Shown: piece by piece, positions 39,431-49,500 of the stretch
How the letters are laid out: each line of letters opens with the position of its first letter
How positions within the stretch are numbered: the first letter of the stretch is position 1
DNA from: Ignavibacteria bacterium
GTDB lineage: Bacteria > Bacteroidota > Ignavibacteria > Kapaibacteriales > UBA4661
Length of the DNA: 64,000 nucleotides
Assembly (NCBI GenBank): GCA_947459425.1
Contig: CANHDJ010000011.1
Location: 11,652 to 75,651, forward strand
Direction: 5' to 3'
Position numbers and translations under genes: made by a program
Notes under the pieces: generated by a model
Seen by the model: only the letters and a program-made list of their open reading frames with translations
What the model was told of the DNA's origin: nothing
The model's database searches: none

Positions 39431-40411
39431 TTAGCGGATTTTTCGGCGGGAAGCAACAGGTTTATTTGTCATTGTTCGCAGAGCAATAGACCAAAGAGCT
39501 TGCGGAAGCTGCGCTTCAAAAAACGCCTCCGCCAGTGCCACCAAGACCCGCACAGGCGGCTGTTCCCTAGAAAATGAGCAATAAAGCGGCTTCCACACAT
39601 CAGGGAGAAATTTCGCCTTAAAGCGCTCCAAACCTCGCGCATTGTACCAATGACCGCCAAAGCGCTCCATTGCTTGCAAATACCGTTCCATTGCAAGTGA
39701 GCGCGTTGCCAAGGGCAGACCAGAGGGCGCTTTGCGAGAAAACGGCGCAAAATGGAGACTCATTCTTGTAATGCCTTCCTTGGCAAGTGTTTCGGCGACA
39801 GAACATATCAGCAGTTCCATCGTGCCATTGGGTGCGTCCGGTGAGCGCACAAAATGTTCAACGCAATACTCGGCAGGATTGCTATTAACACCGCTCCATA
39901 TCGGGCTTGCAATGCTGTATGCCAGCACGTTTTCAGCACATTCGACAACAAACAATCGCTTGCCGCCCACGCACAATGCTGTTTCGGCGACAAAGTGAAG
40001 AGGCGGTAAATGCTTGGTTTGAAGCCAACGAGAGCGAACATTGTCGCATTGCCAGAGCATTCCTGTATTCTCTGGTGATACTTCTTGTGCTTCGCAACCC
40101 TGCCGCCGAGCGGCTTGCAGACTGTTACGCACGGGCTTGTTCGCTTCTTGCCGCGATTGCCATAAAGCCAGATTCCACCAAGGCTCCGAACCAATATGCG
40201 CGTGGCGGTATTGCGCCGCACAAGAACGCGCACATTCTTCGTCAATGCCAAAAAAACTGACCTTGCGACCGCACAGTGACTGAGTTTCCTCGAAAGTTTG
40301 TATCTGCGACGAATATTGGTCTGCCGGACAGAGAGGATTGCCCGCAGCGATAGCAAAGGTGCGGGTTGCGGCGTAGAAAAATGAGTGGTTGCGGTCTTGC
40401 ATTTGAGGCAA
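39431..40411 (-). CDS. DUF2156 domain protein (homologous to the C-terminal aminoacyl-transferase domain of MprF/LysX)
   Basis: A 326-aa ORF whose overall pattern resembles stand-alone DUF2156 proteins (...RWLQTKHLPPLHFV...FVRSPDAPNGTMELLI...YNARGLERFKAKF). Confidence 0.65.
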   Translation of the reverse strand: MPQMQDRNHSFFYAATRTFAIAAGNPLCPADQYSSQIQTFEETQSLCGRKVSFFGIDEECARSCAAQYRHAHIGSEPWWNLALWQSRQEANKPVRNSLQAARRQGCEAQEVSPENTGMLWQCDNVRSRWLQTKHLPPLHFVAETALCVGGKRLFVVECAENVLAYSIASPIWSGVNSNPAEYCVEHFVRSPDAPNGTMELLICSVAETLAKEGITRMSLHFAPFSRKAPSGLPLATRSLAMERYLQAMERFGGHWYNARGLERFKAKFLPDVWKPLYCSFSREQPPVRVLVALAEAFFEAQLPQALWSIALRTMTNKPVASRRKIR

Positions 40412-40558
40412 AGCAGAGAAATTTTCGATGTGAAGAAGTGTTGCTGTGCGGAATATTCCAAAAGATTGTAATTTAGCGAATGTGATGGCAATGACAACGC
40501 TCCTTGCAGTCGCTTCTGTCCGCCCGATAATATTCTATCCACTTTCCATGCCCAAACT

Positions 40559-41218
40559 ATGGATACTAAAACACTGACAACTTTTCTCGCAGAACTCACC
40601 GAAAACAACACAAAAGCGTGGTTCGATGCCAACAAAAAGCGTTATGAAGCCCTGCGCAGCGATTGGATAGACCTCGTTGAAGCCGTCATTGTTGGCGTGG
40701 CAGGCTTTGATAGCAGTGTGCAGCATCTTGAGCCAAAACAGTGTTTGTTTCGCATCAACCGCGATATTCGCTTTTCGCAGGACAAAAGCCCCTACAAAAC
40801 ACACTTTTCGATGGTCATCAGCCCAGAAGGCAGGAAAACAGAGGGTCCGGCGTATTATATGCACATTGACGCAAAGAAAGAAGTATTGATCGCCGGCGGT
40901 GTTTGGATGCCGGAAAAAACTCAATTAGCCGCGATTCGTGCCTACATCGCCGAACATCCAGACCGCATAGAATCTGTGCTTGCAGATAAAACATTTCAAT
41001 CTGTTTTTGGCGATCTTGATCGCACAAATACGCTGACACGCCTTCCAAAAGGGTACGATGACGACGTTCCACACCCCGACCTCATCAAACTCAAAAACTA
41101 CGTCGTAGAACGCTCAATGCAATGGAAATTCTCCCAAGACCCAACGCTGGAACAGGAGATAGTACGCCATTTCGAGGCAATACATCCTCTTGTAGAGTGG
41201 CTGCGCGAGGCAAGATGA
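40559..41218 (+). CDS. DUF2461 (TIGR02453) family protein
   Basis: N-terminal FLAELTENNTKAWFDANKKRYE, then INRDIRFSQDKSPYKTHF and GGVWMP; 219 aa. Confidence 0.85.
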   Translation: MDTKTLTTFLAELTENNTKAWFDANKKRYEALRSDWIDLVEAVIVGVAGFDSSVQHLEPKQCLFRINRDIRFSQDKSPYKTHFSMVISPEGRKTEGPAYYMHIDAKKEVLIAGGVWMPEKTQLAAIRAYIAEHPDRIESVLADKTFQSVFGDLDRTNTLTRLPKGYDDDVPHPDLIKLKNYVVERSMQWKFSQDPTLEQEIVRHFEAIHPLVEWLREAR

Positions 41219-41267
41219 TTACCGAAATCAAACAAGCCGTATTTGAATCTTGCATGGAACAGACAAA

Positions 41268-41293
41268 GGCTTCACCGCACCAGTGGTGAAGCC
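41268..41293. terminator. Hairpin between the convergent DUF2461 and vWA-like genes
   Basis: GGCTTCACC-GCACCAGT-GGTGAAGCC, a 9-bp stem with no strong T-run. Confidence 0.4.
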
Positions 41294-41299
41294 CTTCCC

Positions 41300-43576
41300 T
41301 CACACCATTCCGCTCCGTTTCCGCAAGAACCACTCCAGCGCAAACATCACCAGCGCAGCGCCCAGTAACCACGCCACATTCCAAAGAGCAATATCGTTCC
41401 GCAGCGTTATGGGTCGGGGCTTGTAGGATGGGACGCTTTGTATTGCCCGCCGCACAGCGTCGGGATTAGCGGCAACTTCCTGTGCCGTAAAAAATTTCCC
41501 TCCCGTAGATTCCGCTAACCGCCGAAGAAATCCTGCGTTCATGCGTAAATTTTGATATTCGATGTTGACCTTGCCCACGCTGAAACGCCCTGAGTCTTCG
41601 CCATAGTTCTGATTGTTCACCAGCGCCGTTCCGACAAAGCTGTATTCACCTTCCCCCAAGCCCTCGACTGTTGCGGAATAACGCCCACCGCCGAGCGCTG
41701 TCAGGACGATTTCACGGGCTTGTTTGAGGGCTGCGCTTTGCAATGCCACGCGCACCTCTGCACCATCAAGCGGGCTGTAGCTGCGGTCATAGACCTGCGC
41801 GGTGATTTCAACACTTTCGCCGCTTCCATAGACTTTACGCGAGGATTTGACGCGCACAAATTTCCCTTGATCGCTGGTGGCAAGCCATCGCAAGCTGTTT
41901 TCAAAAAATGTCCCGAAAATATCCGGCACTTCGCGCCCCTTCGCTGCTTCCGCCGCATAACCCAGCAATTTCCATCGGTACAGCCCATAACCAAGAATTG
42001 CCAGCGATTTGGTATTGTTGAGCGTACGCTGCACGATAAGCGGCTCGGCAAGTGGCACATTGTTGAGTTTGACCGTCGAAAGCACTTCCGCTTCGGGCTT
42101 GACGCGCACAAGAGTTTCGGTACGAAAAAGCGGCGGAAGTTGATTCCACGCCTTCGCGTCGGTGTCCGTGCCGGAGAGTTTCATCACGGGGCTGGAAAGT
42201 GCTTGCTGCTTGACATCGGGCAGAGCCAGCATTTCTTGTTTGCTGCCCGTGAGCGTGGTAAAGGGCAGATAGGGTTCAAGCGGTCGAAGGCGCACCCAAT
42301 CAAGGTCTTGCGAAGCAATAAACAGGACGGGCTTATTGCGCGAAAGCTCTGTTTTGACCGCCTCAATGACCGCAAGCGGTGTAGCAGTGAGAGGAAAGCC
42401 TACCAGCACGATAGCTTCCGCCTCAGAAAGATCTTGCCGCAACATCTCCATAGTACGTTTTGGAGCAGCAGCATTCCCAGCAGAAGCCGCTTGGGAACTG
42501 GCGGCATCCTCCAGAAAACCGCCCTTCATATCTTCCACATAGACATTGCACTGCACATTGCTATTGGCTTCCAAGGACGAGCGGAGAAAGGAAATATCGG
42601 GCGAAATCTGCGAAGCCAGCACCAGCGTTTTGCGCTTATTTTTCAGAATATTGACGAACTCCGAGTACGTGTTGTTTTTGGTGGTGAGTTCGCCCTCTAA
42701 GCCGCTTTGATTCTTGATTTCCGCCGTAAGCGTGTGCATACCTGCCTGTGTGGGCTTGTAGATAACGCTCAGAGTGCGTGATTCTGTGCCGCGCACGGGT
42801 AGGATTTGTTCATGGACAACATTCCCATTATCCCGCAAAACCAGCCGCGCTGTGCCTTCACTAAAGCCGGAGGTTTGAAAGGTAATATTCACCGGCAGTT
42901 CACTTTCAACATAACCAACTTCATTGGTAATAATTGAGCGCACGGCAATATCCTTTGCTTCGGTGGAGTCGCCCACCCCAATAACAAACATCGGGCGACC
43001 CAGCATCTCTGCGGCATAGAGCGGGTTTTCTCCCTCGTTGAATGCGCCATCGGTCACGAGCAACACCGCTTGGGTATTGGTGCGCTCTGCGTCGTAAAAA
43101 ATGCTCTGAAGCGGCTTGGCAAGATTGGTAAACTGCCCTTCGAGCCGCATCGCATCGGGGCGGAAGTCTTTTGCTGCCACGACGGTGAGGTCGTTGTCGA
43201 AAAGCGTGAGTGTGGAAGCGGCTTCGGGAAGCGCTTCATTGAGTGTTTCGGGTTTGAGTGCCGTGAGTGCAGCGCGATAATCAACTTTGCGGTCACGCGA
43301 GGCATCGCGCAATGCTAAGGATTCGGAATTGTCGAGTAAAATCGCCACGCGCGGCGGTTCTTCAGTTGCCCTCAGAACGTTGACAATTGGCTCAAAAAGT
43401 GCAAATAACAACACCCAAAGCGCCATAAGCCGAAGTGCCATGAGTGCGTAGCGCCGCGACCGCGATACCGGAGGCGACGTTATACGATAGGCGTACCACG
43501 TCAGCGCAGCAGCCGCAATGCCGCAAAGAATAAGTAACCACCACGAGGCACTGAGGCTAAAACTGTAAGAAGTCAT
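41300..43576 (-). CDS. Large membrane-anchored protein with an N-terminal double-TM segment and a vWA-like domain (Bat/aerotolerance-type architecture)
   Basis: Two N-terminal TM helices, a MIDAS-like motif VAILLDNSESL, a C-terminal TM segment (IALWNVAWLLGAALVMFALEWF) and a length of 758 aa. Confidence 0.7.
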   Translation of the reverse strand: MTSYSFSLSASWWLLILCGIAAAALTWYAYRITSPPVSRSRRYALMALRLMALWVLLFALFEPIVNVLRATEEPPRVAILLDNSESLALRDASRDRKVDYRAALTALKPETLNEALPEAASTLTLFDNDLTVVAAKDFRPDAMRLEGQFTNLAKPLQSIFYDAERTNTQAVLLVTDGAFNEGENPLYAAEMLGRPMFVIGVGDSTEAKDIAVRSIITNEVGYVESELPVNITFQTSGFSEGTARLVLRDNGNVVHEQILPVRGTESRTLSVIYKPTQAGMHTLTAEIKNQSGLEGELTTKNNTYSEFVNILKNKRKTLVLASQISPDISFLRSSLEANSNVQCNVYVEDMKGGFLEDAASSQAASAGNAAAPKRTMEMLRQDLSEAEAIVLVGFPLTATPLAVIEAVKTELSRNKPVLFIASQDLDWVRLRPLEPYLPFTTLTGSKQEMLALPDVKQQALSSPVMKLSGTDTDAKAWNQLPPLFRTETLVRVKPEAEVLSTVKLNNVPLAEPLIVQRTLNNTKSLAILGYGLYRWKLLGYAAEAAKGREVPDIFGTFFENSLRWLATSDQGKFVRVKSSRKVYGSGESVEITAQVYDRSYSPLDGAEVRVALQSAALKQAREIVLTALGGGRYSATVEGLGEGEYSFVGTALVNNQNYGEDSGRFSVGKVNIEYQNLRMNAGFLRRLAESTGGKFFTAQEVAANPDAVRRAIQSVPSYKPRPITLRNDIALWNVAWLLGAALVMFALEWFLRKRSGMV

Positions 43577-43735
43577 AGAGGATTCTCAAACAAAAATCTG
43601 GTATAGAAAAGACGGCGAAGTGAGGGAGGAAGGCGTTCGCCAAGGTAAAAAATAATTTTGAAAATACGAAAAATCCCCGTAGCTTTGAAGCCTGTTTAGC
43701 ATATCGTTCAGATTTTAACAAAAAATATTGCTAGA

Positions 43736-43809
43736 CGGGGTGTAGCTCAGCCCGGTAGAGCGCTACGTTCGGGACGTAGAGGCCGGAGGTTCGAGTCCTC
43801 TCACCCCGA
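43736..43809 (+). tRNA. tRNA-Pro (anticodon CGG), CCA not encoded
   Basis: Manual cloverleaf fold: acceptor CGGGGTG/CACCCCG, D arm GCTC/GAGC, anticodon stem CTACG/CGTAG with loop TTCGGGA, T arm GGAGG-TTCGAGT-CCTCT, discriminator A. Confidence 0.93.
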
Positions 43810-43812
43810 CTC

Positions 43813-43845
43813 AAAGCCGCAAGAAATCGCGGCTTTGTCGTTTTT
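43813..43845 (+). terminator. Rho-independent terminator after tRNA-Pro
   Basis: AAAGCCGC-AAGAAATC-GCGGCTTT followed by GTCGTTTTT. Confidence 0.7.
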
Positions 43846-43997
43846 AAACCTGCCCAAGGGTTGAAGCAGAGGTCGAAGCAGAAAAAAACTAGCGATACTC
43901 GAAACAAGGATATAACGATATTCACAACAAACAGATAACAAAAAAGCCATCCGATGCGGCTAGCATTCAGACGGCTTTTTTTTTTACTTCATTTCTG

Positions 43998-44420
43998 TTA
44001 GTTGAGCCAGAACATCGCATCGACGCTCACTCCATCAGTCATCCAGCAATCTCGATAATGCGGATCGCGCTGGCGAGAAAGCGTAAAGGTATAAATCACA
44101 GTTTGGCTATTTTCGCCGACAATCATCACACGTTGTTGTGCTACTGCACCAGAAATCATGACTGATTCATAGCCGACGTAACGGTGATTGAGCATGACTG
44201 CATAGACGGGATTACGGACAATTTGCTTGAAGCGCGAAAGCGGTCCGGTATAAACTTTGTTGCCAGGCGAAGCAAAATTAAAGGCGGTAGCGATACCGAC
44301 ATCATTGCTCGCATCATTTTCGCGCAAAGCGTCAAGCTGAATACGGATCACCTCATCTGGCGAAAGATCCGGCTTCGGCTGAGGAAGCGTGTTGGGTTCA
44401 CGTTGTGATTGCATAGACAT
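43998..44420 (-). CDS. DUF4864 domain protein
   Basis: The segments PDEVIRIQLDALRENDASNDVGIATAFNFASPGN and RFKQIVRNPVYAVMLNH match my recollection of DUF4864. Start trimmed to the ATG at 44420. Confidence 0.75.
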   Translation of the reverse strand: MSMQSQREPNTLPQPKPDLSPDEVIRIQLDALRENDASNDVGIATAFNFASPGNKVYTGPLSRFKQIVRNPVYAVMLNHRYVGYESVMISGAVAQQRVMIVGENSQTVIYTFTLSRQRDPHYRDCWMTDGVSVDAMFWLN

Positions 44421-44561
44421 AGCGCAAAAATGCTTGAGAAAAGGTGGTTTAGCGTTGTTTATCGTTTGAGTTTGCAAAGTTACAAAAAATTCTCATAACC
44501 TCAATACAGGAATTACGTCTGCATTTTTTTCGTCTGTCGCTACAATGGAAATATGCGCTTT

Positions 44562-45821
44562 TTAGCCCACTCGAAGTTCTGCTCGATATTCCGAGGGTGT
44601 TTGTCCTGTATGCTTCTTGAAGGCTGTATTGAACGACGATTTAGAATTGAAGCCAACTTGAAACGCTAGCTCTTGAATAGTGCCGGAAGCAGATCCTTCC
44701 GACATCAGGCGTTTCCATTCTTCAACACGATATTGATTGATGACATCGAAGAAATTTTGATGAAGATGTGAGTTCATCATCTGCGAAAGCCGATACGCCG
44801 GAACGCCAATCTGCTCAGAGAGCCTTTGCAGGTTCAATTCGCTGTCCAAAAATGGTTTTTCCGTTTCCATGAACAGTTTGAACTGCTCCAAGAGTATTGC
44901 GCTTTCAGGCGATACCAATGCTGATTCTTTTGCGTCAAATCCTTGTCGAGATATATTCAAAATAGCGCGTTCATGCTGCTCGTACTGCTCGTGCTGTGCG
45001 GCTAACTGAGCGGCTTGCGTAGCGCTCATCGGTACGACCGGGCTGATAACATTCATCACAAAGGGGTCTGCTTTTAGAAATGCAACATACCCCAAAAGGT
45101 ACATCCACAATGCTCCCAAAAAGCCAATAATCATATTGACGACGGGAAGATTGAGGTAGCCAAAAAATGGACTGAGCGTCGTGATAAATTGGGGAACCCA
45201 CCAAATAGCCATTGCGACAAGGACATTCCGCAACCAGCTAAAATTGATGCGCTCTACGGAAGAAAACAAGTCCTGAATCCGCGATGAATATCGGCGCAAA
45301 ACCCGAAACGACAACCCCAAATACAGCACAAAATATAGCGCCCGTGCCACAAGATACACATTATATGAAAACGATTTCCCTGCTTGTGCTTCAGTGATAA
45401 AACTAATACGCTCCGCAAATGGCAGCACATAAAAGGTCGGTATCAAATACAAGACATAAAGGGCAAATGGCGTAAAATGGAGCAGCGAATGCTTATTTAT
45501 CTGCCCACCCGTTAAAGAGACAACATAAAGAAAAATGAGCGGCGCAAAAAGTAGCCGCATCGGGTCGGAAATGCGTATCAAATACGGAACGGCGGTATAA
45601 ACCGCCGGATAGAGCAGAAGCGTGGAGGCAAGGGCGACAGAGATAACAAAAACTAACGCTGCAAGAATGCGATTGGCTTGGCGATTTCCGCGCTTGAGCA
45701 GTGCCAGCATGAGCGACAAGAACAACCCTTGTGCTGCACCAAGAAGATTGATACCGGTAAAAACAAGTGAAAGTGATATCATAGCGTGCATGAATACAAG
45801 TGTGCAGGGATAGTATGGCAA
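44562..45821 (-). CDS. AraC-family transcriptional regulator with a polytopic N-terminal membrane domain
   Basis: About eight hydrophobic helices, then a C-terminal AraC HTH (LSEQIGVPAYRLSQMMN...IQELAFQVGFNSKSSFNTAFKKHTGQTPSEYR). Alternative starts are the ATGs at 45791 and 45782. Confidence 0.85.
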   Translation of the reverse strand: MPYYPCTLVFMHAMISLSLVFTGINLLGAAQGLFLSLMLALLKRGNRQANRILAALVFVISVALASTLLLYPAVYTAVPYLIRISDPMRLLFAPLIFLYVVSLTGGQINKHSLLHFTPFALYVLYLIPTFYVLPFAERISFITEAQAGKSFSYNVYLVARALYFVLYLGLSFRVLRRYSSRIQDLFSSVERINFSWLRNVLVAMAIWWVPQFITTLSPFFGYLNLPVVNMIIGFLGALWMYLLGYVAFLKADPFVMNVISPVVPMSATQAAQLAAQHEQYEQHERAILNISRQGFDAKESALVSPESAILLEQFKLFMETEKPFLDSELNLQRLSEQIGVPAYRLSQMMNSHLHQNFFDVINQYRVEEWKRLMSEGSASGTIQELAFQVGFNSKSSFNTAFKKHTGQTPSEYRAELRVG

Positions 45822-45974
45822 ATCGTTGTTGGCATTTCCACAGGATCGACCCCAAAGTTACGGAAAATGGCAAGGCTGCACAAGTTACCAAAAGTCATAG
45901 TTATACCATAGGACTTTCGCAAAAGCCGGAAAAGTGAGATTAGGAGAGTGTAAATTGTTTTGTGTAAACGCCAC

Positions 45975-46335
45975 AAAAGAGGAAAGTCTGAGCAAACGAT
46001 TTTTTGAGCGGATGCTTTAAACCGAGATGGCGCATCATCTAGGCTATGCCAAGCATCAGAAAACCGATGACGATGCCCGTCTTCACGATAGCGGCAACGC
46101 CCGGAACGGCTCATCAAGCAAAAACCTAAAAACCGCCCAAAATCAAGTAACTATCGATATTCCCCGCGACCGTAAAGGGGAATTTGAGCTGTAGATTATT
46201 CCCAAAGAAACAACCCGTTTACCGGAAAATTGAGCGGACAATTCTCGCCCTCTATGGCGACGGAATCTCCACTCGCGATATTGCTGCCGAAGTACGCCGC
46301 AGCGCCTTGGGGCAACAAACCCCAACGGTACAGAT
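45975..46335 (+). pseudogene. Fragment of an IS256 (mutator) family transposase gene with in-frame stops
   Basis: It translates as FFERML*TEMAHHLGYAKHQ...NARNGSSSKNLKTAQNQVTIDIPRDRKGEFEL*IIPKKQ...ILALYGDGISTRDIAAEV. This is the N-terminal third only, with TAA and TAG interruptions. Confidence 0.7.
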
Positions 46336-46503
46336 TGCGATTTGATGCTGCTTTCTTGTAAACGAGTATGGAGTATCTCGTCCTACGCGCAGAAGCCGCA
46401 CTAGAGCGAGATTCTCTCCTCATCAAACGAGCAGAAAAGCCCCGCCCAAGCGGCTTCTTCGCCGTCCGGCGACTTTGTGCCTGACGAGCAGAGGCGATCC
46501 CCC

Positions 46504-46545
46504 AAAAAAAAAAGCGAGACTCTCGTTCAGAAACGAGAGCCTCGC
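46504..46545 (-). terminator. Rho-independent terminator of the NHL/T9SS gene
   Basis: On the minus strand, GCGAGGCTCTCGTT-TCTG-AACGAGAGTCTCGC is followed by T10. Confidence 0.75.
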
Positions 46546-46565
46546 AAAACTTGACAAGCAAAAAC

Positions 46566-49500
46566 CTATCTCTTCACCATACGCTGCCGCAGAACACGAC
46601 CATCCGCCGCCTCGACAACCACCATGTATGCACCCGCGCCAAGCGCCGACACATTCACCACACCAGAAACAGTGCGCTCTTCCAGCACTACACCGCCGCG
46701 CATATCGTACAGCCGTACCGTGCGCATTCCCACGCCGCCTACACGCAATTCCCCGTCCACAGGGTTCGGGTAAACACTCAACTCCTGTGAAGCGCTCTGT
46801 TGATGCTTTCCAGTGACTATCTCCGCAATCTCCAACCCCGAAGCCGTGTTCGCCCACACCCGATCGCTCTGCTCCGCCCCCAATGCCGCTTGGAACGATG
46901 CCGTACTTTCAAAAAACGAACGTGGCAAAAGTACACCATGTGCTTGGCGGTCGGAGTTATTGACCAGAAGCGAAACCGTTGGCGAATTGGGCGTGAGGCG
47001 GAACGTGGACGGGATTTGTGCCATAAACGCCGTGTCGCTGTTTTGTGACAAAAGCGCAAGCGGCGCACCGCCAAGCGTCGAGCGAATATCGATAAGGAAA
47101 TTTATTCCTCGCACCCGCAGTATTCCGCCGCTTTGCAGCGTTACTCCCAGAATCGTCGGTGGTGGGCGGCGATTGATGCGCACAGAAGCACTGGTGCTTT
47201 GCCCATCGGTATTGGCGAGGCGCAGCGCCAGCGTGATGCCGCCTACATCGTTGAAGGAAGCGGGGATTTCCACAATCGCTTCGGTCGAAGACGGCACGGT
47301 GACTCGTGCCGGAGCATCATTCAGCCATGCCGTTGCAGTGCGAAAGATGCCCGTTCCCACAAGCCGCACACTGAAGGCAGAGCCGGAAGCCGTCGTGGAG
47401 CGCACCAGCGATTCCGCCCGCAGCTGTGGTGCTGCGCCCAATGTGACGGTGAGCGTGGTCGAAGTCGTCTGTCCGTCGGGGTTGGTGATCGTGATGGTTT
47501 TTATGCCGACGGACTGCAATATGCCCGGAAATGTGGTCTCCAAGACTGGTGCTGTCACGCTTTTCACGCCCACACTCACGCCCGTTCTGCCGTCGCTGGC
47601 TTGCACTCGCGCTCCGGCAAGGAAATCTGCACCCGAAAACGCAAGCGGAATATCCTCTCCCGTAGCTGGAAAACTCGCCGGAGAAGCCGTGATGATGCGT
47701 GGTGGGGGAAGGCGATTGTAGCGGAGTCCCAGCCCACTCATGTCGGCATTTGCGCCCGCGCCGCCTGTCAGCACAACACGGTCGTTGACAGGAACGCCGC
47801 CGACAGTGGCGGTGATTGTACCGTCGTTGACGACGACAAAGTTCGTAACAGGTACGCCACCAATGAGCAGCCCCGTCGCGCCCGTAAACCCTGAGCCACT
47901 CAGGGTGATGGGCGCACCAAAGCTGAGATTGCTAGTCGAAAAATTCCCCAGCACGGCAGATTGTGGCATGGAAACGCCGGAAGCCGCACTACCACTTGCG
48001 CCAGCAGTTCCCACAAAAAAGCCGCCCAAGGTGCTTAACCCAGCAGGCGAGGAGACGATGACGAGTTGCGCCCCACCTGTGACGATAGTTCCACTACCGA
48101 CAACGGCGGTGATTTGGGTGTTGCTGTTCACGACAAAACTTGCTGCGGGAACACCGCCGAAGCTGACCGAAGTTGCGCCTGTGAAGCCTGTGCCTGTGAT
48201 GACGACCGTTGTGCCAGGACTGGTGCGGTTGGGGGTGAAGGAGGTAATGCCCATCACGCCGACGGTGATGGAGATCGGAACAGAAGCAAGAGTACCACCG
48301 CAATTAGCGGCTTGGACAACAAAGGGGCCAAACGTACCAAGTATTGTAGGTGTACCAGAGAGAACACCCGTCCCCGACAATGACAAGCCCGGTGGCAATG
48401 CTCCCGACTGGAGAGAGAAGGTGAGCGGTGCGCCGCCATTGGCAGTAAACGTATATGTGTAGGGCTGCCCCAGAATGCTAAAGGGTGGTGTGGCAGTGGC
48501 AGCAGTAAAAAGTGTAGGCGGTGGTGGAGGGGGAGAAATTTTGCGGATGAGGCTGTTGCCATTGTCCGCCACATAGATATTTCCAGCGGCATCGGCGCAG
48601 ATTCCGGCAGGAGCACCAAATTGCGCGGTCAAGGCGCAACCGTCAGCCGAGCCTGCCCCGCCGCTTCCAGCGTAGGTAGTAACATTGCCACTGCCGTCAA
48701 TTTTGCGGATGCAGCGGTTGAATTGATCCGCCACATAGATATTCCCAGTGGCATCGGCGCAGACTCCGCTAGGATAGTCAAACTGCGCGGTAGCGGCGGC
48801 TCCGTTGGCAAAGCCTGCCGTGCCGCTTCCGGCGTAGGTGGTTACGTTCCCGCTGCCATCAATTTTACGGATGCGGTTATTGCCCGCGTCTGCCACATAG
48901 ATATTCCCAGCGGCATCGGCGCAGACTCCGACAGGGGAGTCAAACTGCGCAGTGGCTGCTGCTCCATTGACGAAGCCGAATGCCCCGCTTCCGGCGTAGG
49001 TACTTACATTGCCACTGCCGTCAATTTTGCGGATGCGGCTGTTGTTTAGGTCTGCTACATAGATATTCCCAGCGGCATCGGCGCAGACTCCGAAAGGATT
49101 TGAAAACTGCGCAGTGGCGGCTGCTCCATTAGCAAAACCTCCCGTTCCGCTTCCAGCGTAGGTACTTACATTGCCGCTGCCGTCAATTTTGCGGATACGC
49201 TGGTTGCTTATGTCTGCTACATAGATATTCCCAGCGGCATCGGCGCAGACCCCGTTAAGATTGTCAAACTGTGCAGTGGCGGCAACTCCATTAGCGAAAC
49301 CTGCCGTACCAGTTCCAGCGTATGTGGTTACATTGCCGCTGCCGTCAATTTTGCGGACGCGATTGTTGAAGTAATCGGCCACATAGATATTCCCAGCGGC
49401 ATCGGCGCAGACTCCGCCAGGACCGTTAAACCGGGCTGTAGCGGCTGCTCCATTGGCGAAGCCTGGAAAGGCTCCGGCGTAGGTAGAAACGGTTTGCGCG

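Noticed and set aside
11441-43845. The hairpins at 11441, 17099 and 43813 share an AAAGCCGC...GCGGCTTT stem, which might indicate another dispersed repeat family.
   Set aside because: Only the 8-nt GC-rich stem core is shared, and the loops and flanks differ. This is most simply convergent terminator hairpins.
45968-45990. GAGGAAAGTCTGAGC, and the GAGAAAGTCGGAC repeats at 50990-51027, resemble the RNase P RNA CR-I motif GAGGAAAGUCCGGGC.
   Set aside because: No other RNase P conserved regions or compatible helices lie nearby. The first instance sits inside the IS256 fragment, and the others are short tandem repeats.
46813-48462. Three overlapping + strand ORFs of 240-302 codons: 46813..47721, 47133..47894 and 47740..48462.
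   Set aside because: They are antisense to the NHL/IPT/T9SS gene. High GC3 and repetitive sequence keep the antisense frames open.
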